DNA of 64,000 bases from a virus. Positions 8,417-18,593 of the stretch are shown piece after piece. The notes below the pieces were generated by a model. It was given only the letters and a program-made list of their open reading frames with translations, was not told where the DNA came from and did not search any database. The position numbers were made by a program, and so were the translations under genes. The first letter of the stretch is position 1. The number at the start of each line of letters is the position of its first letter. The stretch covers positions 7,824-71,823 of IMG/VR virus record IMGVR_UViG_3300033407_000001; one strand, written 5' to 3'.

Positions 8417-8783
8417 TATCGGCTTCGGTTTGTCCTGAGCGGAGTCTTGCGCCTTCCAGCTCTGCTGGTGTCACTCCTGTGCCGATGCCCAGGGTATGTT
8501 CGACTGGTGACATGGCCACGAGGACTTGGATGCTCATCTCTTCGATCGCCTTGATGTTGTCATCTAGCAGTTTGATGTATGACCTCATGTCGGCTACCGG
8601 CCAATCCCTGGCCGTGATGTTATTGGCCATGCAGAGTTGAACCCTGGCAAATGCGGCCAGAGCCTTCTCCTTGTGCTGCGCAATAGATTGGTTTAGCGCC
8701 TGAATCTTCTTGAGATTCTGAGTTCCCTCCGGGTGTCTAACGCCGAGGAAAGACTTAGCTACGTCGGTGTATTTCTCGTCCAT
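8409..8783 (-). CDS. Hypothetical protein
   Basis: Tiling ORF downstream of a TTGACAATT box (about 8810-8818). Confidence 0.6.
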   Translation of the reverse strand: MDEKYTDVAKSFLGVRHPEGTQNLKKIQALNQSIAQHKEKALAAFARVQLCMANNITARDWPVADMRSYIKLLDDNIKAIEEMSIQVLVAMSPVEHTLGIGTGVTPAELEGARLRSGQTEADSE

Positions 8784-8814
8784 GGTGAAACCATCGTGTT
8801 AGATGGCACAATTG

Positions 8815-9156
8815 TCAAGTGTTCTGCTCAGCATCTATTATATCTCGCAGCTTGGCCAGTTCAAGATTACACAAGTCAACCGCTGCCCTGGTTGGCGTTG
8901 ATTCATCCTCCTGGGAGGTGATCACAAACCACTCGTCACTGCACATGAAGAATTTTGTGATCCCCCAGTAACCAGACGAAATTCTCCACTCTTCCTGATC
9001 TAGGCTATTGCCGGTCTCGGCCATCTGATGAACAAAGGCAAGTCTTTGCTGATGGTCTGCATTGGCATGTTTGATCAGCAGACGGTAGACGCGCTCAGCG
9101 ACATCCTTTGTGATCGTTACTTGCTGTACCCTGTCGCCGACATCTACTTTGGCCAT
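8815..9156 (-). CDS. Hypothetical protein
   Basis: Tiling ORF. Confidence 0.6.
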   Translation of the reverse strand: MAKVDVGDRVQQVTITKDVAERVYRLLIKHANADHQQRLAFVHQMAETGNSLDQEEWRISSGYWGITKFFMCSDEWFVITSQEDESTPTRAAVDLCNLELAKLRDIIDAEQNT

Positions 9157-9185
9157 GCGGCCAGTATATCATTGCAGTGGCGTGA

Positions 9186-9536
9186 TTATGATTTATTGGT
9201 AGTTATGAAAGAGTTGATAGAATCTACATCATACCCGAGAAGCAAACCTTCAATCATAGGCGCGAAGTCACCCATGGACGATGTTGCATCTGCAAGATCA
9301 AATATCCATCTATGTTTTGCAACCTCGACGGTTCCGCCGTCGTTGTCCCCGTTGTAGCGGATGACTACATTGTGAATCCTTTCGATGTCAACTATGCATG
9401 GCTGCATGTACTCCACCCAGTGCTTTCTTGAGACCTCGCCAGCGTAGCCAAGCGAGCGGACTCCTCTGGAGATAAGATAGCAACAATCGTCTAGCCAAAA
9501 TTGCCAGCTATTTTCATATGTAGAAATTTCATTCAT
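9186..9536 (-). CDS. Hypothetical protein
   Basis: Tiling ORF. Confidence 0.6.
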   Translation of the reverse strand: MNEISTYENSWQFWLDDCCYLISRGVRSLGYAGEVSRKHWVEYMQPCIVDIERIHNVVIRYNGDNDGGTVEVAKHRWIFDLADATSSMGDFAPMIEGLLLGYDVDSINSFITTNKS

Positions 9537-9548
9537 AGCTTACTCCGA

Positions 9549-10007
9549 TCAGTCTTCACGTAGGCTTTCTTCGTCGTAGTATGGAAGGCTTAGGCGGGTT
9601 TCGTGGAGCGCTTCCTCCGCATTGGTAGCCGTCATAGCCGCAGTGGATACCCATAGATTGCCTGGTTTCTTCTGTGTTACAAACCAAGAGCCACCCTCTT
9701 CGGTTGGCGGTTTTGCTTCTCGACCTGGGAACTCCTTAATCAGCCCGCGCAAGCGCTTGCGCTCCTCGAACAGTTCGATAGCCTCAGCGCTCGGGTAGTA
9801 GCGACTGCCAACAAAGAACGCGCTACTCCTGATTGATTCAACTGAGTATCTAGGTATCCGGATGCACGGTCCGCCGCCACAGTTGTAGCAGTAGTTGCTA
9901 TCAACAGCTTCGCCCCATGAGCTGTTGTCGCTAGATCCAAAGCATCTCTCGCAGAAGTAGACGAGTTCTTTGCGGTGGGCTATTTCCTCTTGGGTCTTGT
10001 CGCTCAT
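9549..10007 (-). CDS. Hypothetical Zn-ribbon protein (CxxC...CxxC)
   Basis: Start moved to MSDKTQ to avoid overlap with the upstream ORF. Confidence 0.6.
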   Translation of the reverse strand: MSDKTQEEIAHRKELVYFCERCFGSSDNSSWGEAVDSNYCYNCGGGPCIRIPRYSVESIRSSAFFVGSRYYPSAEAIELFEERKRLRGLIKEFPGREAKPPTEEGGSWFVTQKKPGNLWVSTAAMTATNAEEALHETRLSLPYYDEESLRED

Positions 10008-10009
10008 GG

Positions 10010-10387
10010 TTACCTTTGGTCCTCTGGATCCTGATCGGGCATGTTCGGGCCTTCGCCCTGGTATGGGACCACTCCGGAAAATGGCCCGGTTTGTACTGGC
10101 AGAGTTCGATCCCAGTTCTGCGTGCTGTCGGATAGCACCTGATTTTCTAGATCTTCCTCGAAGTCGTAGCACTCAAGAGGATTGAAGTTATGACCATTTC
10201 TGGTGCAATAGTCCTGGAATCCTTGGCGTGGCTTAGTCCTTGGTGGGAGGAAAACGTAGACCTCTTCAAGCGAGACGGTATTCTCCATGCGGAGCATATA
10301 TCCGGCACCTCGCTGTCGTCCCTCCTGGAGCTTGAGTCTGATTGTGCTAGCTGCAGCTAACTTTGCTTCGTTGAATCCTCTTGCCAT
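10010..10387 (-). CDS. Hypothetical protein
   Basis: Tiling ORF. Confidence 0.55.
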   Translation of the reverse strand: MARGFNEAKLAAASTIRLKLQEGRQRGAGYMLRMENTVSLEEVYVFLPPRTKPRQGFQDYCTRNGHNFNPLECYDFEEDLENQVLSDSTQNWDRTLPVQTGPFSGVVPYQGEGPNMPDQDPEDQR

Positions 10388-10396
10388 AGCGTTAGT

Positions 10397-10768
10397 CTAG
10401 CGGCTCTCCGGCGCGGAGGGTATTCTCGCATGGGCAATCGATCGCTCTTTACCCCAGATGCCATGCTTATCTTTTGCTTTCACCAGCTCCCGATAGGTTT
10501 CCTTGGAGACAGAAATAGGCCTAGGCGACCCACACACCCTGGTGTACTCAGGGGGAGTAACGCCACGCCCCAGTCGGCCATCGAAATATTCCTTCTGCCT
10601 ATGAAGGTAATCCTCGACAAAGTGCCTGTGGTCGTCCTCGGAGAGATGCATCGTATAGCCATCTGGCCTTACGCCCCATCCAGCCTCAGATTCTTCCCAG
10701 TTCTGAGCAACGACGAGATAGGTGCTTGAGAGGACCTCCAGGGCTGATTTTCTACGCTTGAATCCCAT
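10397..10768 (-). CDS. Conserved-looking phage hypothetical protein
   Basis: WEESEAGWGVRPDGY motif; TTGACAATT box upstream at about 10794-10802. Confidence 0.65.
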   Translation of the reverse strand: MGFKRRKSALEVLSSTYLVVAQNWEESEAGWGVRPDGYTMHLSEDDHRHFVEDYLHRQKEYFDGRLGRGVTPPEYTRVCGSPRPISVSKETYRELVKAKDKHGIWGKERSIAHARIPSAPESR

Positions 10769-10804
10769 ATCTAACGCTCACAGGTGGCGGTTCAATTGTC
10801 AATA

Positions 10805-11227
10805 TCAGCAATACTGGAAACAGCTGGCTTCGGTATCGATGAAATTCACTATATCTGGGTACCAGACGTAGGTTGCCGGAAGGCAAGCTAGTTGCTTGCG
10901 AGCTTGCAATGGATTGACCCAGCATAGCTCCTGGGACTCCAGTGGCTTGGGCTCTCCATTTATGATCCAGCAGTGGTAGAGCAGCATGTGGAGCCGATCG
11001 TCCCAGGTGAATGAGCTTGTCGATATGAGCCGACCTACGCCAACCTCGACGCCGAGTTCTTCTCGCATCTCTCTCATTAGTGCATCGCGCTCAGTCTCCC
11101 CTGGCTCGACCTTACCACCTGGGTTCTCCCAGCGATTTGGCGGGACCTGAGTAGAATGGCGTAAGGCCATGAGCATCTCCATGCTGTCGTTGAGTATCAG
11201 TGCGCTAACTACGATTATGTTTTGCAT
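10805..11227 (-). CDS. Nudix hydrolase, MutT-like
   Basis: Nudix box GGKVEPGETERDALMREMREELG. Confidence 0.92.
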   Translation of the reverse strand: MQNIIVVSALILNDSMEMLMALRHSTQVPPNRWENPGGKVEPGETERDALMREMREELGVEVGVGRLISTSSFTWDDRLHMLLYHCWIINGEPKPLESQELCWVNPLQARKQLACLPATYVWYPDIVNFIDTEASCFQYC

Positions 11228-11233
11228 ATGTTG

Positions 11234-11494
11234 TTATTTTTCACGAATCGCCGTGACGATATCTTCATGGGCTCTCTTCCATGACTTGGCTTTGTAGTCT
11301 CCGAGCAGGCTTGTTGCCGCCAACGGTACGCCAGCCAACAGCCATAGCATGTTACCTGTAATCGAGAACAAGATGGCCATCAGCGATGTTGGCAAGGTGA
11401 CAGCGCGGAGAGCCAGCCAATAATTTCTAATCCTAGAGCACCTCATCAGCCCAAGGATCTGATCCTCATTGATGTAGAGCAGTTTTTTACTCAT
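11234..11494 (-). CDS. Small two-TM membrane protein
   Basis: Two hydrophobic segments. Confidence 0.6.
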   Translation of the reverse strand: MSKKLLYINEDQILGLMRCSRIRNYWLALRAVTLPTSLMAILFSITGNMLWLLAGVPLAATSLLGDYKAKSWKRAHEDIVTAIREK

Positions 11495-12663
11495 TCTTCT
11501 ACCCTGATCTTATGCATAGGCTTAACCATGCCAGCTCGGTTTACTTTAATCTTCCAGTAATCCCCAGTTAGATACGTGATGAATTCATCAGCTGTCTCAG
11601 GGCTGTGATCCCATTTTTCACCACTATCCTCGGTGTCTTGGAATTTGACCCCGTATTTGGATATGGATTCGATCTTCTGGTGCTCCTGGGATGTCTCTAG
11701 GATTGGCCATTTCATATCATGGTTGTTCACACCTGAGGAGACCTCGGTCTGGATGATTGGCCAAGTGTAGTAATCGTATTCGCACCACTCATCGTAGACA
11801 GGGCATTGCTCATAACAGGTGTCGTAAACAGTCTCGTAGCAGGTGTCGTAGCAGGTTGAGCAGCTTTGGGTACAGCTGGAGTAGCCATTCCCCTGATCGG
11901 TGCATACGTTGGAGCAGTTGCACTCGTGTGGACGGCATGAGCTGCTCTGTTGGCGCGGGTTGCAGTTGTATGGGTGGCAATTTTCGGTCCCACGCTGCCT
12001 GGTTTCACACTGGTCATTGAAGTGCGATGATGGTCTGCTGTCCTCCCAATCAGATCCGTGGTGGGTTTCCCGCTGCTTGAGATGCTTGGTATACTCCCAG
12101 GAGACTTGAGTGACTTTAGCGTCAACCTCCATCGGCACGAACAGCCAGTAGCCAAGCCAGGTGACCATCACCGTGACGGCTGCTATCAATACAGCCGCAG
12201 CCTGGTTTTTGCGACGATGCCACCATCGTCTGGGTTTGACGGAGGGGATCCGTGCAGCTACGGACTCAGGCTGCTCTTCAAGGGTTTCTTTTGGTGTGTA
12301 TCGAAGGCCACCCGTGCGGCGCTGCGAGCTATTTACCGTCTCAGCCTCTATCTCTTTCTCGCCTGCGCAATAGCGGCACTTGCCGTGAAGGGTTCGTTCT
12401 TGCTTCCCGCAGTATTCGCAAATCCAGTTGGCGCCAGCTTTTGCTTCGCGGACCCTGGCCAGATCTATTATAGGCGTCTCGGTGTCAGGATCTCCTATGC
12501 GGTCAATGACGTCTTTCTTCTTCGGGGCGCCACAGTTAGTGCATTCAAGATGTCTCCCAAGCTGCTCTGAGCTTCCGCAGGAGTCGCAGCTCCATTTGTT
12601 CTCGATGTACCAGACTTTGCTCAATTTTCTACTTTTTGCTGGCGTGCCAGTCTTCAGCAGCAA
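11491..12663 (-). CDS. RanBP2-type Zn-finger membrane protein with Cys-rich predicted exterior domain
   Basis: WSCDSC...CTNCG and WICEYC...CRYC, one TM helix, about 14 Cys in the CxxxC/CYDT repeat region. Confidence 0.7.
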   Translation of the reverse strand: MLLKTGTPAKSRKLSKVWYIENKWSCDSCGSSEQLGRHLECTNCGAPKKKDVIDRIGDPDTETPIIDLARVREAKAGANWICEYCGKQERTLHGKCRYCAGEKEIEAETVNSSQRRTGGLRYTPKETLEEQPESVAARIPSVKPRRWWHRRKNQAAAVLIAAVTVMVTWLGYWLFVPMEVDAKVTQVSWEYTKHLKQRETHHGSDWEDSRPSSHFNDQCETRQRGTENCHPYNCNPRQQSSSCRPHECNCSNVCTDQGNGYSSCTQSCSTCYDTCYETVYDTCYEQCPVYDEWCEYDYYTWPIIQTEVSSGVNNHDMKWPILETSQEHQKIESISKYGVKFQDTEDSGEKWDHSPETADEFITYLTGDYWKIKVNRAGMVKPMHKIRVEE

Positions 12664-14602
12664 GAAGTAGCGGGGCCCATTTCAGATAGTTCTTGCGGGT
12701 CCTTGGATCGTTGTAGAAGATGCGAAAGTCTCCTGGTGTGTAGGCATCGACATTCAGCACACCGTTTGCTGAGCACTTAAATCTTGCCGTCAGAGTGGAG
12801 TCATCAATCTTTTGGTAGCCAGGATTGTCCGGATCGGAAACCCATCGTGCATTGGTGCGCTCCCGCTGCCATTCAAAGTGAACCTGTCTGTCGCGACCTA
12901 CCTTCGTGGCCTGGGCGATTAGTCCAGGGCCAGGATTGCCATAGATGCTTATGTGACTCTGGCGATACGGAGTCCTAACGCGGTAGTCATCCCGCTGTCT
13001 CTCGTAGTCCTTGTTGGCTTCATATCGCTCCCATAGGTCTTGCTGGCCAACTATATTGGTGCCCTTGGCAATGCTTGCGTTGAGGCGATTGCGATACGCT
13101 TCGAAGTCCGGTGCATCGCCGTCGGTTATCGCCCTAGAATTGTCGTGGATTAGCTCAATACCATTGGTAAATCCATCAGCCTCCCAGAGTCTCCATGGTG
13201 GGTGTGGAATGAATGCAGGCGACCTATCTAGCAGGCCCTGGAGGACAACAGCGACTCTGTTGTGAGCCTTGGCGTCTGCTGCCACCAGCTTCATGGCATC
13301 GTCGTAGTAGATGTGATTTGGTTCTACCATTTCCAGTCTTGAACTTGGAGTAGGGAGCCATGGCTCGCACCTATTCTCGCGCTGCTTATCAGAGAGATTT
13401 TTCCATTCCTCCATCTTCCTCCAATGTTCTTCGAGGTGCTCTTTATGGCGCTCCATGATGCCCTGATACTCTTGCTCTCCTATGATCTTACCAACGCGCC
13501 CAGCAAAGATATCCATATAGAGGTTGCCGCCACCCAGGATGCTGGAATGGTCTGTGTCTGGAAATAGTTCCTCACCAAAGTCTATATTTGTCACAAGACG
13601 AAAAACCTGAGAGCCGTTGCGGATATAGAGGAATGTCTGTTTATCGTATTCCTCTTCATTCATGATCGAAATGAAGTTGAACAGGGTCATATCTTCTCGA
13701 TTTTTGCGCTCGCGGCGAATCCTGAACGCCACCACGCACCGAGGGTGAGGTAGGATACGGTCCAGGTTGCCCTTCCTTGTAAGCCATCGATCGAATGACT
13801 TGAGCGATTTATAGCTCATTCCGCCCGCTTCATATTCCGCCAGACACTCTTCGTCCATGTAGTGCCGGCGCTGGAAGATGCGTATCTTCTCATCATTATC
13901 GGCTGGCTTGCCCTTCTTGATCTGAGTCAACTCCTCAGTAAGTCCAGCATATAGTTCAACGGTGAATATTCGATCATCAATAGCATCGCATCTCTTGCGG
14001 AGTCTGCTGCCCTCTGCTGCCATCGGAATGAGGGATGCCTTCATCCACATGGCCATTTCAGCGTGTTCTTCTTCGATCTTCTTAAACAAATCTGGAAGAG
14101 TCTCCTCTTTTGCTTTGATCAAAGCATTCTTGTGCTCAGCGATGTCGGCAGTGCCATGGGCCACCGCCAGTGCGGTCGAGGTGGTATCACTCTCATCGGC
14201 CAGTTCTGCTCGCGGGGCAATCCCTAGACGTGCCGTCAGTTGTTTTACGCGGTCCATTAGCTTATTTGCCTGGTCGCCGTGTTGAGCTATCTTGCTTGCA
14301 ATTACGGGCTCAGGAGCAATCTCTCTAACGCAAAGGTCATTGAACTCATCGAAATGAACTCGCTGATGGTTATCCCCTGGGCCACGAAACTCTGCGAAGT
14401 TAGAGCCTATGTGGACAACGCAGGCCAGCCATGGGTCCGTTTCGTAGGCAGGTCCAAGTCCTTCATCGTCATCCAGCCAATCTTGCTTGAATTGCTTGAC
14501 CCAGAACCACTGCCCGACCTCCAGATCACTGTCTCGATCAATGGCCTGGGTAGAGTTCCTGTCGGCTGGATGTTTGAGTATCTTGTTCATAGCTTCGATC
14601 AA
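12629..14602 (-). CDS. Large hypothetical protein with coiled-coil segment
   Basis: 657-aa uninterrupted ORF on the coding strand. Confidence 0.8.
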   Translation of the reverse strand: MIEAMNKILKHPADRNSTQAIDRDSDLEVGQWFWVKQFKQDWLDDDEGLGPAYETDPWLACVVHIGSNFAEFRGPGDNHQRVHFDEFNDLCVREIAPEPVIASKIAQHGDQANKLMDRVKQLTARLGIAPRAELADESDTTSTALAVAHGTADIAEHKNALIKAKEETLPDLFKKIEEEHAEMAMWMKASLIPMAAEGSRLRKRCDAIDDRIFTVELYAGLTEELTQIKKGKPADNDEKIRIFQRRHYMDEECLAEYEAGGMSYKSLKSFDRWLTRKGNLDRILPHPRCVVAFRIRRERKNREDMTLFNFISIMNEEEYDKQTFLYIRNGSQVFRLVTNIDFGEELFPDTDHSSILGGGNLYMDIFAGRVGKIIGEQEYQGIMERHKEHLEEHWRKMEEWKNLSDKQRENRCEPWLPTPSSRLEMVEPNHIYYDDAMKLVAADAKAHNRVAVVLQGLLDRSPAFIPHPPWRLWEADGFTNGIELIHDNSRAITDGDAPDFEAYRNRLNASIAKGTNIVGQQDLWERYEANKDYERQRDDYRVRTPYRQSHISIYGNPGPGLIAQATKVGRDRQVHFEWQRERTNARWVSDPDNPGYQKIDDSTLTARFKCSANGVLNVDAYTPGDFRIFYNDPRTRKNYLKWAPLLLAAEDWHASKK

Positions 14603-14818
14603 ATCGCTTCAACATCGCCCTAACTTCAGGCGGGACCTTTGGCTCTATCGCTTTGGCTGCCAGGTTAGGATTATTGGTTATAGTCTCCCGCAGGCAACGG
14701 TGTGCGATACGGAGGATTTCAACAGGTACTCTCTGTGGGTCGTTCATGGTGCTGGCCTTGGTGTCGAGGTGGACCAGTATCCTCATAGGTGGCAGGTTTA
14801 TTGTCAAGAACAGGTTAT

Positions 14819-15253
14819 CTACCAGTCATCTCCAAACATGCGCCTGTCACGCATTTCTTCGCCTTTGGCTTCCATGGCTGCCTCATATGCGTCGTCGGCT
14901 GCCTCTTGGCAGTGCATCAGGCATTCCTGCTCGATGTCATCCTGGGCCTTGGTCATCGCGGTTTTGCCGTATTTCTTGTCCTTGGGGTCGTCTTTGAACT
15001 TCTCGGCGTATCCTTCCAGGAAGATGGCGAATGGGACCGTCTCCCATGGGGGCTCCGTCCCGTCGGCTAGGCGGCGCTGAACGGTCTCATCGTTGAACTC
15101 ACAGGATGCGGGATCATCCGGGTAGCAGTCTTCTGGCGGACCATACATTCTGCCGGGATGGAGTGGTTCGAAGTTGTAGATCTCTACTTCGTACTCATAT
15201 TCGACCCACTCTTCGCCGAGCTGATGTTCTACATAGAATAATTTACTCTGCAT
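14819..15253 (-). CDS. Acidic hypothetical protein
   Basis: Start moved to MQSKLFY; GRMYGPPEDCYPD motif. Confidence 0.6.
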   Translation of the reverse strand: MQSKLFYVEHQLGEEWVEYEYEVEIYNFEPLHPGRMYGPPEDCYPDDPASCEFNDETVQRRLADGTEPPWETVPFAIFLEGYAEKFKDDPKDKKYGKTAMTKAQDDIEQECLMHCQEAADDAYEAAMEAKGEEMRDRRMFGDDW

Positions 15254-15449
15254 TTTCGTCGGTATCCTCTCTGTACATTCCGTAGACATCTTGCCATGCC
15301 TCAGTGAATTCAACGTTTGCCTTCTTGCACTCTTTCCTGGAGTCGGCGAGGTCCAGTAAATCGCTGGTAGCATAGAGGGCACGACGTAAGATCTTCTTGT
15401 GCCTCTGCAATTGTTCAATCTTCTCTTTGTCTGTCATCGTTTGCTTCAT
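15243..15449 (-). CDS. Hypothetical protein
   Basis: Tiling ORF. Confidence 0.5.
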   Translation of the reverse strand: MKQTMTDKEKIEQLQRHKKILRRALYATSDLLDLADSRKECKKANVEFTEAWQDVYGMYREDTDENAE

Positions 15450-16372
15450 TGCTTTACCTGATAGATGCGGGAGAACGCCTGCCCCTCTTCTGGGCCTTTG
15501 ACATAGGGCTTAATCCACTTGCGAACCCTATCCTCTCGGCCTGTGCCGCAGGCTTGGTTTCTCCAGTGGCCGCGAACCATAAATCTCTTTCCTATTCGGA
15601 ACGTAGAGGGAGGTGCTTCGCCGCTGCTGATGTATTCCCTGGCGATTCCGAGAGGAATATCCGTAGAGGTTGCCTCGACGTTCCAGATGTTGACCTTGGC
15701 GTTGGTACTCTTAGCGATTTTGTCGTAGCCAATGCGCTTGCCAGCCTTCGTTTTGCTGCCGCCTTCATTGATGAGCAGGCAGAGGTTGGTCAACAAGGAT
15801 CCAATCGCTGAAGTTCCGTTTGCCATCGATATCTGATTATTCGCCACGTCGCTGACGGTGAGGTATGTGAGTGACCAATCGGCGGAATTGTTTGTGATGT
15901 CGGCGAATGGTATCGCTACAGCCACGGTGAAATGCTCCGTAGACCCTCCCGCTACTGGAGTAGCCGTAGCATATGGAAGCTCGATGGCGAAGGCTGGGTA
16001 TGGGATATTCCAGTTGGCCCGGCAGGACTCTGGCGAGTCGTAGCCGTCCATCGGCGCAAGCTCGCTGAGTGGCGGCGCTGCCGTACAGGCGAGTAGATCT
16101 AATACACTCTCTCTCAGCGAGAATGTCTGGCACCCAGACTCCTTCCATGCGAGCAGGGTGTTGATGCAAGTTAGCTCTGTGCTGAACCCAATATCGCCAA
16201 ATTTGTCCATCATGGCGACGAGACTTGGAATGCTGTGTCCGCGCAGATCATTCGGTGACATACCATAGGTAGTTCCCAGGACGGCCATTACTCCCGCCCT
16301 GTGCCTATCCGTGGTTCGCATTGCCATCGCTTTATAGAGATGCTTCAGCGATGTTGTCCTCGTGTCGGTCAC
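15446..16372 (-). CDS. Phage hypothetical protein with C-terminal VRGHWRNQ...WIKPY.KGP motif
   Basis: Motif recalled from phage hypothetical proteins; 308-aa tiling ORF. Confidence 0.7.
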   Translation of the reverse strand: MTDTRTTSLKHLYKAMAMRTTDRHRAGVMAVLGTTYGMSPNDLRGHSIPSLVAMMDKFGDIGFSTELTCINTLLAWKESGCQTFSLRESVLDLLACTAAPPLSELAPMDGYDSPESCRANWNIPYPAFAIELPYATATPVAGGSTEHFTVAVAIPFADITNNSADWSLTYLTVSDVANNQISMANGTSAIGSLLTNLCLLINEGGSKTKAGKRIGYDKIAKSTNAKVNIWNVEATSTDIPLGIAREYISSGEAPPSTFRIGKRFMVRGHWRNQACGTGREDRVRKWIKPYVKGPEEGQAFSRIYQVKQ

Positions 16373-16893
16373 TTGGTTTCCTTTGCGAGCATGGCGCGGA
16401 CCTTGGCCAGCTCATCCTCAGTGTGGACAACGCCGCCTTCATTTAGATCTAGGTACCACTGGAGCACTTCAGCATGGGTTTGGAGATCATTGACGTGAAC
16501 CACGAAGTCGGGCCCACTAAGCGAACGAAGGCGACCCTCCATATCCTTTTTCAAGACTCCGAAGGCTGGTATTTCGCTCGCAAGCCACTTGCGTACAGCG
16601 TCGAGCCTTTGCTTCCCATCGACGAGTTGCATAGCTCCCTCGACCCCACTGCCAAGGTAATTGGCGCAGTTGAAGTAGATGTCGTGCGAGGATTGTCCGC
16701 CGCGAAGGATGTATTCGACATAGCGAATCCTCTTATGGTCGTCCCATACATGTCCACGTTGGAATTCTGGGTCAAGCTCAAACCCGACACAGTCTCTCTC
16801 CTGCGCCTCCAGCCAACTCTCCAGGTAGGCCCACGACACATTCACGCAATAACGAGAGCTGCGCGTGAATGGTTTGATGTCTTTGTAGTTCAC
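16369..16893 (-). CDS. DUF262 (GmrSD N-terminal, ParB/Srx-like) domain protein
   Basis: PEFQRGHVW and LVDGKQRL motifs. Confidence 0.8.
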   Translation of the reverse strand: MNYKDIKPFTRSSRYCVNVSWAYLESWLEAQERDCVGFELDPEFQRGHVWDDHKRIRYVEYILRGGQSSHDIYFNCANYLGSGVEGAMQLVDGKQRLDAVRKWLASEIPAFGVLKKDMEGRLRSLSGPDFVVHVNDLQTHAEVLQWYLDLNEGGVVHTEDELAKVRAMLAKETK

Positions 16894-17183
16894 TTTGATT
16901 CCGTTCCAGAAAAGTCAGTCCTTGAGAAGACCCGGCCAAGGCTTTGAATAAGCCAGTAGGCGTGTTTCCTGGTCATAGTGCAGCCCTCGAATTCAATGCT
17001 GTCATCGTCGCCGCACTCGTCGGCAAGCTTTTGAATGGCTTCAAGCTTAGCTGGGGTCCAGTCGGTGATGTAGGCAGTCATGTTCTGAGATTCTCCTATG
17101 GATTTCCTATTGTCTAGTCCAGTGGCCGTACACGCATCGCGCTCCATCTCTGGATGAATCATGGGAGTCATGCAGTACGCCAT
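16890..17183 (-). CDS. Hypothetical protein
   Basis: Tiling ORF. Confidence 0.5.
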   Translation of the reverse strand: MAYCMTPMIHPEMERDACTATGLDNRKSIGESQNMTAYITDWTPAKLEAIQKLADECGDDDSIEFEGCTMTRKHAYWLIQSLGRVFSRTDFSGTESK

Positions 17184-17574
17184 CTATCACTGTCGCGATA
17201 TGGCGTGAGAGGCGCACAATGACGACTCCAGAAGGTAATTCATCTGAACGGAGGTGAACTTTGCAGCCAGCACCGATGAACATGGTCGGGGTCCAGACCC
17301 ATCCAAGCTCGGTCAGGTATGGGCCATAGACTGCCTTGTGGCTCCCATTCCTGGGGCTGGCCTTGCCCATGGACAGGCCCTTGGATTCATGATGAAGACG
17401 GTTCCTGCGGAACATCTCATCATAGACAGACTGATAGTCCATTTTGGTTGCTATGCAGATTGCGCGGACTACGCAATCGCCGGTGTTCCCTTTGAATCCG
17501 GCTGCGGCTCTGCCGCCATCGTCCAGAACGAAGCCTATAGTGGAGTCGTCGAGATTATTGATTGTGTTCGCCAT
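17107..17574 (-). CDS. Conserved phage hypothetical protein (DDGGRAAAG..G..GDCVVRA motif)
   Basis: Preceded by a class-B promoter motif. Confidence 0.75.
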   Translation of the reverse strand: MANTINNLDDSTIGFVLDDGGRAAAGFKGNTGDCVVRAICIATKMDYQSVYDEMFRRNRLHHESKGLSMGKASPRNGSHKAVYGPYLTELGWVWTPTMFIGAGCKVHLRSDELPSGVVIVRLSRHIATVIDGVLHDSHDSSRDGARCVYGHWTRQ

Positions 17575-17606
17575 TAGTAGGTAAACACCTCAGCTCTGCT
17601 GGAATT

Positions 17607-18440
17607 TCACCGTATAGGTCCGAAAATCGATTTTGGTCGTTTCCCACGTTTGTCCATGCCACGAATCTTATTCCCGTGTATGTGCGGCAACCTGGGCTTA
17701 ACTTTTTTGAGAAGGTCCCTCATGGCTTCAGATCGATCACCATCGTCGCTGCGCCCGGCACCCCATGACTTGGTTTCCATGCGACCGTCGATCGATGCAC
17801 ATGACTTCAGCGAGACCTGAATGCCTTTTGCAGACCTCCAGTCGTCCGACCTGACTCCGCAGTACAGTTCCCAGTCGAGATGCATACTCTCGACTTCATG
17901 GGCCAGGATATGGTCTATCCGACGACGACGATCATCCATCCATTCGAAGTGGAGCTTGCGCTCACGTATCCAGTGCTCCCAGCGTCTTGAGGCGTCGAAG
18001 TCTGAGATACGCATGGTTCGATCGGCCCACCAGGTCCAATCGACATCAACTTCGCCAGGGTACTCCCAGCTGCAGTTGTAGTAGTGAGGTGGCATAAGAT
18101 GGATACGGAAAGGCTGGTACGGGGCAATGCCATTCTCTAGCGCCCAGGTGGCGTTATGGCCTATACCTTCCTTGTCGTAGTGCGTGCTGCACTCAGTGGA
18201 GCCACCAAAATCGTAAATATCAGTACCAGCGTAGGATATCTCTTCCTCTAGCCACTCCGGGCGGGTGCCTTGTTCTTCGTTGGCGCACTCTTCTAGCAGA
18301 AGATCTGCCCCCTCTTCCGTGAAGAGGTACCAGATGTAGCATTCCTTCTCATCGTAGAAGTCAACGAGCCTGGGATTGGGCAGGCATGGTGGCCACCAAT
18401 ATTCATTGGCCCACTCTTCCGGGTTTTTAAGGAGATTCAT
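17607..18440 (-). CDS. Hypothetical Trp/Glu-rich protein
   Basis: 277-aa tiling ORF. Confidence 0.7.
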   Translation of the reverse strand: MNLLKNPEEWANEYWWPPCLPNPRLVDFYDEKECYIWYLFTEEGADLLLEECANEEQGTRPEWLEEEISYAGTDIYDFGGSTECSTHYDKEGIGHNATWALENGIAPYQPFRIHLMPPHYYNCSWEYPGEVDVDWTWWADRTMRISDFDASRRWEHWIRERKLHFEWMDDRRRRIDHILAHEVESMHLDWELYCGVRSDDWRSAKGIQVSLKSCASIDGRMETKSWGAGRSDDGDRSEAMRDLLKKVKPRLPHIHGNKIRGMDKRGKRPKSIFGPIR

Positions 18441-18593
18441 CGACGCTTACGGCTTTGCGAGTAGCCGCCCGGCATCTATAGGTGGCCATCGCTGCGTCTA
18501 CAGAGCTATACCGATCACCGCAGCTACAACATGTGTAATCTCTTGAAAACGAGGCCCACAGTAGACCACCACATATCATGTTCCGATTCTTGC

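Noticed and set aside
14602-14621. 15/20 match to spacer 254-288
   Set aside because: Four mismatches in the PAM-proximal seed and no TTN PAM
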